Part shown: positions 25,734 to 40,590 of the stretch, piece after piece
Numbering within the stretch: position 1 is the first letter of the stretch
Layout of the letters: the number at the start of each line of letters is the position of its first letter
Assembly (NCBI RefSeq): GCF_006345805.1
Contig: NC_043007.1
Location: 46,810,001 to 46,874,000, forward strand
DNA: 64,000 nt
Source: Octopus sinensis
Taxonomy: Eukaryota
Direction of reading: 5' to 3'
The notes under the pieces: generated by a model
Told to the model about the DNA's origin: nothing
Database searches by the model: none
The model's input: only the letters and a program-made list of their open reading frames with translations
Position numbers and translations under genes: made by a program

Positions 25734-27268
25734 CCTTAGAGTAATTGTAGTATGTTGGTTGTGAAACTACCAATTAGTCATATGGTCCATCACTACATGC
25801 AGTCTAAGAGGTTTTCGGGTGCACTAAAAGTAGAGTACATAGTATGTGGATAATAGTTCTAATGTGCTGCAAATTAAGGTGGCATAAAAGGCGCTATTAT
25901 CTACATAGTACAGACGGTGTTTCAAGCTTCATAATTTAGAATGTAAATATATTGATAATGGTCTTTAAGAGATAAATTGAATTGTAGAATCACCCAAGCT
26001 CGATAGAAATATTTTGGAGTGAGCAGTATGTATTTCACACAATTTAAGCGATGAGGATCACATGAATCTCAAACATGGTCAACTGATAAGCAGGATCTCT
26101 CATTAGACGTCATAGAAGATTTTTACGAAGATCTTAAATGTAATACAGCGGTTATGTGAGAAAATCCCCTGATATACTTTAAATCTTGATTTAAAAAAAA
26201 AAAAACCGTGATGTATAGCACTCACATAATAAGTGGCCACTGTTTAGAGAAAAAGTTATCAGTTTAAAAGTTTCTATGTTACTTTCGATATTTTATTGTT
26301 TGTACCAGCAAACGTATGAAGAAAATCATTCCACGGTAACCAGCCAGACTCCTTTTAACTATCAATATAACTACGTTATGTTAGAGACCTTTCTTCTTTA
26401 AGGACAGTAAGATGTGACTTGAGGAGAATTCGGTTTCTATTTTTAATAGGAAGTCACCAATCAGAGGGTGCCATGCTGGAAGTAAATTCGATAGTTTAAT
26501 AGTTTGAAGTTAAACGCTGTTAGGTTGATACAAAACTGAAAATTTTCCCCAGAGTACTATAGTTCGTTAGAGGTTTCATTCAGTTAGTATTTAGAAAGAT
26601 ATAGATACACGCTGGAAAACAGGTGTTATAATGAATTAATGTCACCTCTTAACTGGTTTGTTTTTTTTGATGATTGTGGGCACATGAGGATGATGCAGAG
26701 ACAGAAGAAGAATTCGATAGAAGTTTATGTATGTATGTATGTATGCAATGATGCATGTTTGTATGTCTGTATGTATGCGTGTACGCGTGTATGTGTATGT
26801 GTGTGTGATTGCATAACTGTATCAATGATTGAGTGAGATACATATGCTTGTGTTTGAATGAATGCATGTATGTCAAGTATTGTGCGCTGGAAGCGTGTTA
26901 GCAGCACCCGCCATCGGCTGTTAGGCGGTTTGAGCAAAGCTTGCCAAATACTCACTTTCCATGTAACGAAGATGATCGGCTACAATTTGGGGATATGAAC
27001 TAAAGCGGGCTATGCGATTTGAATGCATGATATCATGGTAACACAACATAGGTTTTTTTTTCAACATACTCTGACGGCTACTACGTCTACGTAGGCAATG
27101 AGATATAGTAAAATTCTGTCATCTTAGTTGCATTCCTGTTCTTATAACGTTAATCAGTAGTCTAGCTGACCGTGTTTGTAACTGCATTTGCACGGCAAAT
27201 ATATTGAAAGCGTGATGTTTGCATAGATAACCTAAAGTGTTTGTAGCAATTAATATTAGACGGCGTTA

Positions 27269-27460
27269 AGGCGGCGAGCTGGCAGAATTGTTGGCGCGCC
27301 CAACGAGATGCTTAGCAGCATTTCTTCTGTCTTTACGTTCTGAGTTCAAATTCCAGCTTACTTGACTTTGCTTTTCATATGTAACTGTTGAGCACTGGGG
27401 TCGATTTAATCGATTTGACCCCTTCCCCCAAGTGATCACCATGTGCCAGGACTTGAAATC
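27269..27460 (+). mobile_element. tRNA-derived SINE (family A)
   Basis: ggcggcgagctggcagaattg head and gagttcaaattcc B-box; many related copies in the window. Confidence 0.8.
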
Positions 27461-28379
27461 AATTTTAGATTATCCTGATGGCAGCGCATTGACAGAGTGC
27501 TTATAGTGTGGAGAAACATTCCTGGCCTTGTTAACTGTAATACTGAATTGTAATATTGGAATGAGGTCACATATTTGCAGGAAGGATGTAATCTATAATA
27601 TCGAACGCAGTTCTTAACAGATACTGCATGTTATGACTTCAATAAGGGTGAAACGAAAGTTGACCTCATCGGAATCTGAACACATAACGTAAAGGGCGAG
27701 AATTAAATGCCGCAATATATTTTATTACACTGCGACTTTAACATTCAACGTTATGGGAGTAACAACAACAATAACAACAGTTGTAGATCAATGTCTTTTT
27801 TTTATATTTCTTTGGTGCTTTTACATGTCTGAAACTATATTCAAAATTTATTCTCAATTATACAAAATATCATTTAACAATAAAGTGACTGCAAAGATAT
27901 TAATTCTAATTATATCAGGCAATAAAAACGTCAATTATGCCAGTGTTAACATAGTTAGTATAATTACTGGAAAAAGTAATTAATTTAATTACACTTGTAG
28001 AGAGGACAGAAAAATCATTACATTAATGACTAATTCTGACCACAAAGATCATCCTTTCATTGTAAATCTATTGTAATGATTAGTGTAATATTTTTGGTGT
28101 CGAGAAATTCTATACGATATATTGGTGACAAAAATCCGTAAGATATAAGATTAATAAAATTTTATTCCAGAAGAGCGTGAGAAGTGGGTTATGCAAAAGA
28201 TTTTTGGCTTGGTACCTGAATCTTTAAGGTAAGAATTTAGATGTACTCCTGCAATATAGCATGATACAGTTCTATGAGAAATATTTCTAATATCTATGGA
28301 TGTTAGAGTTGTGGTTGTGTACAAAAATATATGATTTATTGAAATCTACATTTTTGTCAGTTGATTTACTCCAATCCTA

Positions 28380-28580
28380 TTGTTGAACAACGCCGGTGAA
28401 ATGTAGAAAAATTGATGAACTCTAGAAAGCTGAAATACAGCCTGACTTCCGTCATGGATGCAGTACAGCCGACGAGATATTCATTCTACTACAGAGGTGT
28501 ACGGTTGCTTTGTAGACCTCATAGATGCATATGTCCGCCTGTCACTGGATGTGCTGTGGAGAGTTTTGCGGGAGTTCGAG
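28380..28580 (+). mobile_element. RTE-type RT fragment
   Basis: EIQPDFRHGCSTADEIFILLQ, frameshift, then VYGCFVDLIDAYVRLSLDVLWRVLREFE (QxGFR..STxDQIF and FVDLxKAYD motifs). Confidence 0.7.
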
Positions 28581-28973
28581 ATATATATAAATATATATAT
28601 ATATGCAACTTCTGGAGTCCCTATACTGTTATACCCAGATGTTTGTTTTCAGGTAAATAATGCTAAATCAAGAACTTTCAACTTTGGGGCAAAACATAAT
28701 TTTAATGAACTGAATCGACATGGGCAGCCGTTGAGGAAATAATGTCACATTTGGTGGGCGTAGGTTCAGTTGACTAATATTTGAAAATGACAGATGTTAC
28801 ATGGCTCATCAGAAGGTGATGAGCATGCACTGAATGAGTAAGCTGTCGAGTGTTGCAACGCCGGGATGAGATATAGTTTTGCTATGACAGAAGCAAAGGC
28901 CAAAATACCAATGCAAAATACTGTATGACAGACGTCACGTCTCTTTGACCTGTTTTTAAACTTACGTACCTTA

Positions 28974-29349
28974 TCTCTCTATATATAAACGGCAGTTTGT
29001 CTGTGCGTGTTTCTGTGTGTCTGTTTGCTTGTACCTTCACCCTGACCACGGCTTTCAACCGATTCTGATGAAACTTGACACACACATAGCCCAATGTCAT
29101 AATTCAAAACTAACGCAGCGAAAATTTTGAAAAGTTCCCCCAGTTCTGAAGAAAATCGATAAATTCGACATGGGGTCCAGAATCAGAAACACAAACTGTC
29201 TAGGGGACGCAACTCCACCTTTTTTAACTAAAAAAAAAATTTACCATCATTTTTTCCCATTTTTTTACTATTGTTTGGCTATAACTCTCTAAAAATGCTT
29301 TATAGTTATTTCCCTTACAAACCTGAGCAACGCCGGGCGATACTGCTAG
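28974..29349 (+). mobile_element. Non-autonomous Helitron
   Basis: 5' TC start (A|TCTCTCTATATATAAAC), aaccgattctgatgaaac motif, subterminal cctgagcaacgccggg hairpin, CTAG|T 3' end; inserted between A and T with no TSD. Confidence 0.85.
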
Positions 29350-30099
29350 TCTACCCTAAACAATGAGATGCTGAATAAGTGCTCCCTCTTCTCTATTAAC
29401 TGATACGTAAATATATTTTGAAAATACTGTTATTTTGTGAGATAACTCTTAGTGGGTTACGCAGTACGCTTTAACGAACTTCTTAATGATTTGAGAGGAG
29501 AATATTTAAAGTCATATATCGCTTCTTCATACACTAATTGTTGGTATATCAGCATTGCATGTAATAATTTTCTGTCTATGTGTTTGTCATTCAGAAGCAA
29601 ATTTCCATATAAATTAATTACAAACCCTTTAATTTCGACAAGCCGTTAACTGCAATATTTTAGCATTGTGCCTCATTATAGCATGAGGGATATTTTGTCT
29701 ATACAAGTGGTACCCATATACATAAGCCAATTCGTTGAACACCAGTGGATTTTGGGGGCTGTGTTTATGATTGTGGAGATACTGTTTTCCTATTAAGTAG
29801 AGATGTTTCTCAACGCTTGGTTTTACATCAATGTTGTGTAGCATTTCTCTTTCACCTTTACAAGGCATTTGTCGGATGATGTTTGTACATATTCGATTTA
29901 TACAATTACAATGAGCAAATGGAAATATGTCGGGCTCAACGGACTTCTTACAATACATGTATACTTTTGAAAAATACGATAACGAAAAACACTGTATAGA
30001 GTGAGAGATACCCATATATATATATATATATAAACACACGCACATACTCACGCACACACGCAAATGTATGTTTTTGTATATATGTGTATGTGTGTGTGA

Positions 30100-30169
<70 letters not shown>

Positions 30170-31210
30170 ATATATCTTATTCCATCCTGTTAGTGCTCAC
30201 ATATATATGTATATGTTTGTCTGTACATGTGCTTTAGATTGATTACATGTAGTGTTATATCTGCGCAAAACTTATGCGTATTTGTGTTGAGAAAAAAGTT
30301 GAAATCAGAAGAGAAAAACGGGAATCTTGCCATAAATCTAGAAATATTTATTCTTTTTTTTTTAGTTTCTACATTTTTCCCTCGCCCATTTCCAACAGTA
30401 TCATTTCTCTTTCCTCATATTTACACATATATACGGTTGGCTTCAGATGACTACATACAAGATATTACATTAGAATATACATATTCTTAAAGTTACTGTA
30501 TGTTACAATGATTAGCCCTCATATAACTCAAATATCTATAGTGTCTTTGATATTATAGTGTTTTGTCTCCCAAGGCAAAAAAAGATAATAGCACGTTTCT
30601 ACGTCCGACATCATGATAATTGTGTACCTTGAGAAATTGCCTTTGATATATTTTCTGTATACATATACATTACACATTTTGGTACTAAGCCTCCAGTTTT
30701 CAGTGACAGTTGTAAGTCGATTACATTGACCCTCGTGTTCAACTAGTAATAATTTTATCGATCCTGATAGGATGAAATGTATATACAACATTAGCGGAAT
30801 TTGAATTCACAGCATACTACGTCGGTAGAAATGCCTCTAAAAATGTTGTCTGATGTGCTAACCATTATGCCATATCGCCAGTCTAATAATCTTGAGATAT
30901 TAAAATCAAAATCTTCATAATTTTTATCGGCTCTTATAATATATTTGTTTGCAATCCTATTATTTATATGGTGTATTAATATTTGTATGAAATTGTGGCA
31001 CAATGCCGTCAATTTCGAGGTGAGGCGAATCAGTTACATCGATCACGGTGCTCGTCTGACCAACTGATGGTCGAGAACAAGCAACTCTAAGTTCTGGAAA
31101 TCGGGGTATTTTTACTTAGGATTTATTTAAGAATATATTTCTATTTAGTTCTGCAATTTATCGCTTCTGGTGAATCAATAGAGTTTTGTGTATATATATA
31201 TATATAGAAA

Positions 31211-31917
31211 TATAGAAATATAATTAAGGGCTCCTAAATAAGGATGCCAAGTGCTAGGGACACAAAAAGGGATAAATTTATCGAGAGTGAAAATCAAAAA
31301 CATTTATCATTAACGATACATCCGGAATGATCAGTTTCTACCTCTTTCTCGCAAAACAGACAGAATATGTTTGCTAAGGCCGGTTTCATCAGCGAGACGC
31401 CTATGTTAAATCGAGATGCGCAGAGCGTTAGTAGTAATCTATGTTATTACTGGTAGTAATCTATGTTATTACCCTTTTTTGATTATATTCACATATTACT
31501 TGATAGATTTATTGTTTGTACATATTCGATTTATACAATTACAATGAGCAAATGGAAATATGTCGGGCTCAACGGACTTGATAGATTTATTCGTAATTTT
31601 TTTCCCGGCATGCCCTATATCACCGGGTAGATTTTGCGTCTGCGCAGAGGTTTGAAAAGTTAAGATTTACAAGTTGTTTACATCAACGCATGGTCTAACG
31701 CTCTGCGCCTCTCGATTTAACATGGGCGTCTCGCTGATGAAACCGACCTTAGCAAACATATTCTGTCTGTTTTGCTAGAAAGAGGTAGAAACTGATCAGT
31801 CCGGGATGTATCGTTAATGGTAAATGTTTTTGATTTTCACTCTCGATAAATTTATCCCTTTTTTGTGTCCCTAGCACTTGACATCCTTATTTAGGAGTCC
31901 TTAATTATATTTCTATA
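31211..31917. mobile_element. Foldback element with ~220-bp TIRs next to (TA)n
   Basis: 31211-31431 is the reverse complement of 31695-31917 with few mismatches; ~260-bp spacer. Confidence 0.88.
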
Positions 31918-31982
31918 TGAATAATATTTTTCTATATGAATAATATTTTGTCTAATGACTAATTCGTCTTTTGTGCTGGGCC

Positions 31983-32207
31983 ACTGGTAGTAATCTATGT
32001 TATTACCCTTTTTTGATTATAATCACATATTACTTGATAGATTTATTCGTAAATTTTTTTCCCGGCATGCCCTATATCACCGGGTAGATTTTGCGTCTGC
32101 GCAGAGGTTTGAAAAGTTAAGATTTACAAGTTGTTTAGATCAACGCATAGTCTAACGCTCTGCACATCTCGATTTAAAATAGGCGTCTCGCTGATGAAAC
32201 CGGCCTT
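31983..32207. repeat. Direct partial duplicate of the foldback spacer and start of its right arm
   Basis: Matches ~31449-31750 but lacks the 31514-31591 insertion. Confidence 0.85.
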
Positions 32208-32682
32208 TCATATTTTTTTTGGTGAAGGGTGTAACATGACGCATACCGAAAATCCAACGCCCTTCCAACGAATGTTTTTGCGATACCTCTTCTCAGTAGA
32301 TTTTCGACTACACCTTTGGGAATGCTGGTCTCAGAAATTCTGTGAACCATTCACAGTTCAGTTCGAACCATACTACTACTTTTGAACAGTGATTGCGATG
32401 TTTAATAAGAACAAACTGGAAAAAATAATCATGAAAATTTTGTTTTAGTGGTCTGTTAATATTTCTTCCTTATTATTAAAGTATGAATACTCTTCTAATA
32501 GAAAGAAAATATTCTTACAAATATTTCCAATACGTTCAAGTTGTTAGTGTGTCTTTGTGTTTGTTTACGATTTCAAGGAAATAATATAAATAGAATGACA
32601 TAGAGGAAGAGGAAAATCTTATTGGACTGTCAAAAAATGACAGCGAAACAGAATCAAATTTGATTGGTGTTTTTTATATATT

Positions 32683-32740
<58 letters not shown>

Positions 32741-33065
32741 TATATGTATGTATGTATGTATGTGTTTAAAGAATATTGCTTATAGACTGGATTATGAAAA
32801 CAAGTGACATGTTTTCTTTATCTGCAATCCTATAGTTAAAACAGATAATAAGATAAAAGCACATGCTATAAATGGCGGTCGATTATTTAATATTATTGTG
32901 TATATCAGTATAATACATCAAGTGTAAACGTATTTTGTTTGAATCAATAATGCATATAACTGTCATATTTCATCGTTGTCCAGCTAAAGTAGTGTGAAAA
33001 AAAATGTTTCCGCATTGGATTTATTTTCTTAGTAATGAATATTCATTTATTTATTTTGTCATTTG

Positions 33066-33275
33066 ATATTGGTTTCCAATTTCTGCACGGCAATTTCTGG
33101 ACACTATACAGGTCATTTTCTTCCGTCTCTAGAGCTCAGTTCGTACTTATTTTATCGACGACGAGAGAACGACAAGCAAAGTCGACCTTGGTGGAATTTG
33201 AACTCATATCGTAAAGGCGAACGACATGCCGCTAAGTATTTTATCCGACGTGTTATTGATTCTGCTTTCTCCCCC
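33066..33275 (-). mobile_element. SINE family A
   Basis: ggaatttgaactc (B-box, reverse) and gcaaagtcgacct motifs. Confidence 0.7.
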
Positions 33276-34342
33276 CTCTCTTTTGTTTTTTGTTTTTATA
33301 ATCATATATTGATCATAGTTTGGGAGGTGTGAATGTGTATTGTTACTTAGAATAACATTGTACTTAGAGTCAGATTTGGGCTTCGTCATTCATTATCAAA
33401 TTATTTAATGTACCACGCATATTTTTCACTCATACCAGAAAGGTTATGCAATTTATAATGGGTTCCAAATTCAAATTGCCGTATTATTTGTACAGTTACA
33501 AAGTACACAGCGATTTATTTAATCACCTCTTGAGTGATCCAACCTGTTGTTCTTTTGCTTCAATCCACTCGAATAAATAAATGGCCAAAAGTATGAAATC
33601 TAGGCTACTTCTTATTCAAACTGTAGAATATTATAATGGGAGACTTCTCTTTTATTTCTAGCAGCTTCAAATACTATGTAGAAGCACTTTTGTTGTGTCG
33701 TTAACAAAAAACATTTTTCCGAGAGACGGAGAAGTGGAGAGAGAATAAGTGGGTACTGAGAGAAAGCAACTTTTGTAGGTGAGCCGTCGTCGCCCAACTT
33801 TAACTTCAGCTTTGATGCGTCGTTTCTTTTGCATCTTTCAAATGCTGAGGAAATCCGAGTGTACCATTTCAAAGAGATATTTGTCACCAGTAGTGGAGAA
33901 AATATAGGGGAAATACAGTTCCTTCCCATGGTTTATCTCTTCTTAAAATATAGAACAAATACTAGTTTCAATGACGGTGAGTACGGTGGCACATAATCAG
34001 CTATATGTTCATCAGTAATATCTACGATAAACCACTGTACTGAGGATTCCGTAGTATTTATAATAAGCCAGCGCCCGTGGTACTGACTGGTATGAGTGAT
34101 ATCTATGCGAGGTACATTAAACAATTGCTTAAATTTTCACGGATAGGTTATCCTGGAACAAGAATCGATCTATGAACTATAAGTTAAACCACCAGCACCA
34201 CAACCTTAAATTATTTACAGGATGAAATAGGATGTTGAAGATGAGATTCCTCGTTTATAGACATTACTTTCAGAGGATAATATATCTACTGTTTATTTTA
34301 TTTTTTTTTGCTGCTTTGATTACTTACTGTCCAATAAAAAAT

Positions 34343-34492
34343 CTTTTCTACTCTAGGCACAAGGCCTGGAACTTTAGGGGAGGGGGCCAGTCGATTAGAT
34401 CTACCCTAGTATGCAGCTGGTACTTAATTTATTGACCTCGAAAGGATGAAAGGCAAAGCCGACCTCTCTGGAATTTGAACTCAGAACGTAAA
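34343..34492 (-). mobile_element. SINE family A, 5'-truncated
   Basis: ggcacaaggcc..aggatgaaaggcaaagccgacc..ggaatttgaactcagaacgtaa. Confidence 0.75.
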
Positions 34493-35017
34493 TACACTGT
34501 TCAATAAAAATGTGCGATTCACTCCTGGATAGTTTAGCTTCTTTGATATGTTTCAGCATAGTGATATAACTTTATTATTGTCCTTTGATATAGCGAGGCA
34601 AGCTGGCAGAATCTTTACACACTCGGAGGAATATTTGCTCCAGATATTTGCCTCTGCTGTTCTAATTTCGAATCATATCAGAATCACTTTTACCGTTCAT
34701 CCATTCAAATAAAACAAAGTGTTAATCAAGAATGGAGTAAGGAGAATCGAAAATTCTCTCCTCTTAGAATTCACAGCCCTATGTTTTTTATTGTTTCTTT
34801 TTTGGATATCATATTTCTTTATAATAGATTTCCATAGACAGCATGAAGTAAACCTAGTTAAAAGTATAATTCCCTAAAATATCAAGCTGCTTCTCCTTTT
34901 CAGTTTCCTAAATTAATAACTTATGTAGAGGACCTGATGGTTGTGGAGAAGAATTAATTCTATCAACAAGACTATTAATTTGGTATTTGTTTTATCATAC
35001 CCAGAATAAGGTGAGGC

Positions 35018-36385
35018 CAATGGCGAGCACAGCAAGCCAAAACGGCAGCTTCGCTTACTGCTAATGCACTAAGTAAAAAAGAAGTTAGTTTCACAAACGC
35101 TAAACTGCCAAGCAGGTAAAAAGAAATTACAAGTGCGGTACCGGATAGAATAATGGTGTTATACTTGATGAACAGGTCGATCAAGACCTGCTCACCCAAA
35201 AAGGCAACTTCAGTCAGGACATCCTTCGAGACAGCCTCCAGCCAGGTCTTCACCAAGTTCTGTGCCTTGGATTTCAGTGACCTGTGGCTCATGCTCTCCT
35301 GGAACCGAGTGATGTTACTGAAGAAATCATCTTCCTTACCGGCATTGCTGTTGTTGCTGCTGCCCTCCTCATTGGTCTCCATTAGAACTGTCTCTCAGAC
35401 GATCCCCATGCTAACCTGGTTGATATTATAGTGTTCCAGGTGGAAAACTAAACAATTCGGGTGGAAGGCAGCAGCTAGCTGGCACTCCAGGTCTTCTAGG
35501 GGGAGCCCAAACCTATTCGAGATGCCCACCAGTATTGTGTCTATCAGGTGAATGCATTACAGGAGACGTTTGAACTTGAACTCCTTCAACTGCTACAGTT
35601 GGCAGAAGGCTCCCTCCCGAGATAACGCTAGTCCTCCCTCAGGATGTTATCCAAGGCCTTGACAACATTAGACATCATCTGGGCATAAGCAGTCATGAAG
35701 CCGACATCCGAATCTGTGAAGGTCGGCGGCTTCAGCTGTGTCATCACCCTGTGGACACCTGCCCTATTCTACCCCTGCAGGTTGATGAGGACATCAACAG
35801 AGTTTCACCAACCTCCTGTTCAACTCGTCCAGAATGCTGTCTGCTGTCACCGTGCTTCGGCTCTGCAGATTCCACAGCCTTGGACATGGCTTTCTTGTTG
35901 GTCGACGCCGGCTACCAAGTTGAAGCTATGGACTGCACACTTCATGTGCACTGGCAGGTTTAAGCGCAAGTCGCTAAACTCAGTAAATCTTTGGCAAGAA
36001 TTCAACTTATCTTTACAATTTAGCATCTTTTAATTACAGATTGCTCAAGAATGTCTCCTGGGTGGCGATTACCGGGGACTGTTGGTCGGCCCGCACTGCT
36101 GTCGCTGACACTATAATATAAGATTGTCAGTAATGTGGCAATGTCGTAAGTGAACACAACTCAAAACTGCAGAATTCCACAATGCTGCTTATCTAGCTGA
36201 TGCTGCATCCACAACAGACAGGAACAAGCGCATGAATTTTATTTGCGAACTTTAAGTTCGCGGAACAAAATTTAGCGGAAGCTAATGGGTCCACCGACGA
36301 TTTCCAAATTTAGCGAAAATGCTCATACGCTAAACGAAAACTTAGCTTCACTAATTTGCTGTTAGCGGAACCGTGCCCACCACCG
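35018..36385 (-). mobile_element. Degenerate hAT transposon with transposase remnants
   Basis: TIRs caatggcgagcacag / ccgtgcccaccaccg; 8-bp TSD ggtgaggc / ggtgagac. Minus strand reads LPVHMKCAVHSFNLVA (CxxH), KALDNIL, NRFG..LAAAFHP, LFIKYNT; subterminal ttagcg repeats. Confidence 0.85.
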
Positions 36386-36960
36386 GGTGAGACAATTCCA
36401 CCTCATCAGAACTCGAGCAGATATGGTTATTTATCGGTGTTAAGGAAGTCGCTGCGCTTTCAATTCTTGATAAAGTTGCAAGAGAACCATACTGAAATAC
36501 AGCGTGTCTTTAGTTCTTTCCAACGTAATTTCTTCCAACGAGAAACACTTTTTGAGAGGATCAGAATGCAGAACAGGAAAGTAAGAAAAGAAATGACCAA
36601 ATTACTTGAGCGTTACATCATCTATCTACTCCGAAAGGATAGGATGAATATGTAACTTTTGCCTCGGTGATATTTGAACTCAGAGTACAGAGAAATGAAA
36701 AGAATGCTGAAAAGTGTTTCACCGACATGCTAACGATGCTACCAATATATCACCTCAGTACATAGACATATATAAGTAAAGGAGTAAATTCTGCAAAAAA
36801 ATGCACCCGTTACTCTATAGCAATTCGCTAATCAGAAGATTAGATAGAAACGATTGTTTATACAAACCTGACGCTAGTAGATATTGTTCCCACATCCACC
36901 TAGTAATTATAAAATACAAATTTATCTTCAAGACAAATTGAACTTAGAACATTAACGAAA

Positions 36961-37365
36961 GCGCAGGCTTGGCCGTGTCGTAAGAAGTTTGCTTCATAAA
37001 AACATAGCCCCGGGTTCAGTCTCATTGAATAGCATTTTGGGAAGTGACTTGTACTATAGCCGACTAAAGGCTTGTAAGTGAAGTTGAAAGAAGGAAACGG
37101 AAAGAAGCCCGTCTTATATGTATATGTATATATGTATGTGTGGGATGGGTTGTACTGTGCGTGTGTCGTTGTGTCTGTTGGTCCACCACCACAACTTGAC
37201 AACGGTGTGTTTACGTCCTCGTAACGTAGCGGTTCGGTAAAAGAAACTGACAGAATAGGTACCATGCTTTATGACAAATAAGCCTTGGGGTAGATTCATT
37301 CGACTAAAGTTATTGGAGGCGCTGCTCCAGCATGGCAGCAGTCTATCGACTGAAACAAGTTAAAT
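36961..37365 (+). mobile_element. tRNA-derived SINE (family B), near full length
   Basis: gcgcaggcttggccgtgtcgtaagaag head, gggttcagtc box, central microsatellite, gctccagcatggc..gactgaaacaag tail. Confidence 0.75.
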
Positions 37366-37967
37366 ATAAAGGAAAAGACAATCAAGTATTTTTTTGTTTT
37401 TGTTTTTGTTTCTTTTCTTATTGCAACGCCGTCGCCTTTATGATCTGACTAACAAAGATACTGATAACGATAATGAAAATATCGGTTTCTTAAATGTTAA
37501 ATCATACAATTACAAAGTACAATTAAATATCTAGAATGCTATATTGTCCATACAGTAAATATGATAATTATTGATCTACCGTTATAGATTTGAAATTTGT
37601 CTTCTTTCTTTCTTCTATATTTCTCTTTGTTTCTGGTTCAGTGGCATATTGGTGAAATTCAGTTTAGAAGATAATATATACCAATACACCATTATTGACA
37701 TTTTGTAGTTCAAAAGTGTTTATTATAATGATACGGAACCATATTCAACATATATTCACACACATACACACGCTTACATATACACATACTCACAAACATA
37801 CATAAACACGCACAATCTCAGACACACACACAAACTCACACATACCTATACACATATACATTTCAACATACGTATATGTATATGAATAAAACACATACGC
37901 GCACAAATATATACATATTGACATATATCCGCCCACTCACATACATACATATATACATGCATATTCC

Positions 37968-37971
<4 letters not shown>

Positions 37972-38010
<39 letters not shown>

Positions 38011-38070
38011 TTATGTATGTATGTATGTATGTATGTATGTATGTATGTATGTATGTATGTATGTATGTAT
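37972..38070. repeat. (TA)n-(TGTA)n microsatellite
   Basis: Direct reading. Confidence 0.93.
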
Positions 38071-38709
38071 GTGTGTGTCTATGTATACTTGTATGAATAT
38101 GTATATAGATGCCCACATATATATGCACAACACAAACACATTCACATACGCACGCGCCAACATACCCTGGCGTCTGTTGATTACAGCGGTTTTGAAATTG
38201 TTGTGTTTTATAATTTGCAAGCCGAGCGAAAGGAGGAAAGCATACACTTCACTACACATGTTATTGTTCCCTCTCAGTCAACGAACACAACAAGACTTGG
38301 CCGTAGGACACATAATTCTACATTCGTCTCAAAGCCGTTAGTATGCATTCGAGTATTGTATATTAACTTCATATGATGTTTAAATATATTTAGAGTTAAT
38401 TATTTCAGACTATCAGCCATAACTAAATATGAAAATACCGATGCAGAAAATGAAAAGAATATATATATATATATATATATATTTATAATAGTTACAGTTT
38501 AATGATTTAAAAGCTTAAACTATATATATATGACAAACTTTAAATTAATAAAAATAAATTTTTCAGACGTTAAAGTTTAAAATATCACAGTATATAGAAT
38601 ACCTTTGATTATATAACTTCAATTTATTGAAATTCATTTATGCTTCAAATCATTTTATACGGCAAATTATGAAAATTTATTAGACATTAAACTTCAAAAC
38701 TTTAAAGCG

Positions 38710-38860
38710 GGTAGAAACTCACTTTACAACCACTTGATATCGGGTTCAGTCCCGATGCACGGCAACTTAGGAAAGCGTTTTCTTCTATAGCCCGCAAGCG
38801 ATAGCTTATGATTGAAATCGGAAGTTGGAAAGTGTGTGTAAACATGTCGTACACACACAC
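38710..38860 (+). mobile_element. SINE family B head fragment
   Basis: caaccac..gggttcagtcccg..ttctatagccc. Confidence 0.55.
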
Positions 38861-38989
38861 GCATATATACGATAGACTCTTCCGTGGAAGACGACATATG
38901 AGCGTTCATTTTTGCGAAACGACCTGCACAAATGATTCATTGTTAGTGATTAAATTTAGTCATTAAATATATGGGCTGTTCACTCTCTT

Positions 38990-39160
38990 CATCAAGTAGG
39001 CGTTGCTTGAATATGTACACGGTGTACCATAGGGCAGATGTGGAAGAGACCTCAGAGATACGTGAGATGAAGTGTTCACAACGCGCCACCAAGCATCGGA
39101 TTTTAAACCACCGCTAGATCGTATGTGGAACACCCTAACTACGAGAACATGCGTCCTCAC
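38990..39160 (-). mobile_element. SINE family C fragment
   Basis: Minus strand gaggacgcatg..tagttagggtgttccac..gatc. Confidence 0.5.
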
Positions 39161-39167
39161 TCTATGT

Positions 39168-40590
<1,423 letters not shown>

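Noticed and set aside
27269-27350. tRNA-like A/B boxes in SINE heads
   Set aside because: No cloverleaf is formed, and they continue into SINE bodies; they are not tRNA genes.
28855-28880. gcaacgccggg..tagt resembling a second Helitron 3' end
   Set aside because: The hairpin is incomplete, there is no CTAG, and no matching 5' end was found.
29629-30000. 144-aa minus-strand ORF containing the donor of the templated insertion
   Set aside because: It starts in a microsatellite and has no recognisable domain; only a vague PLE-like resemblance.
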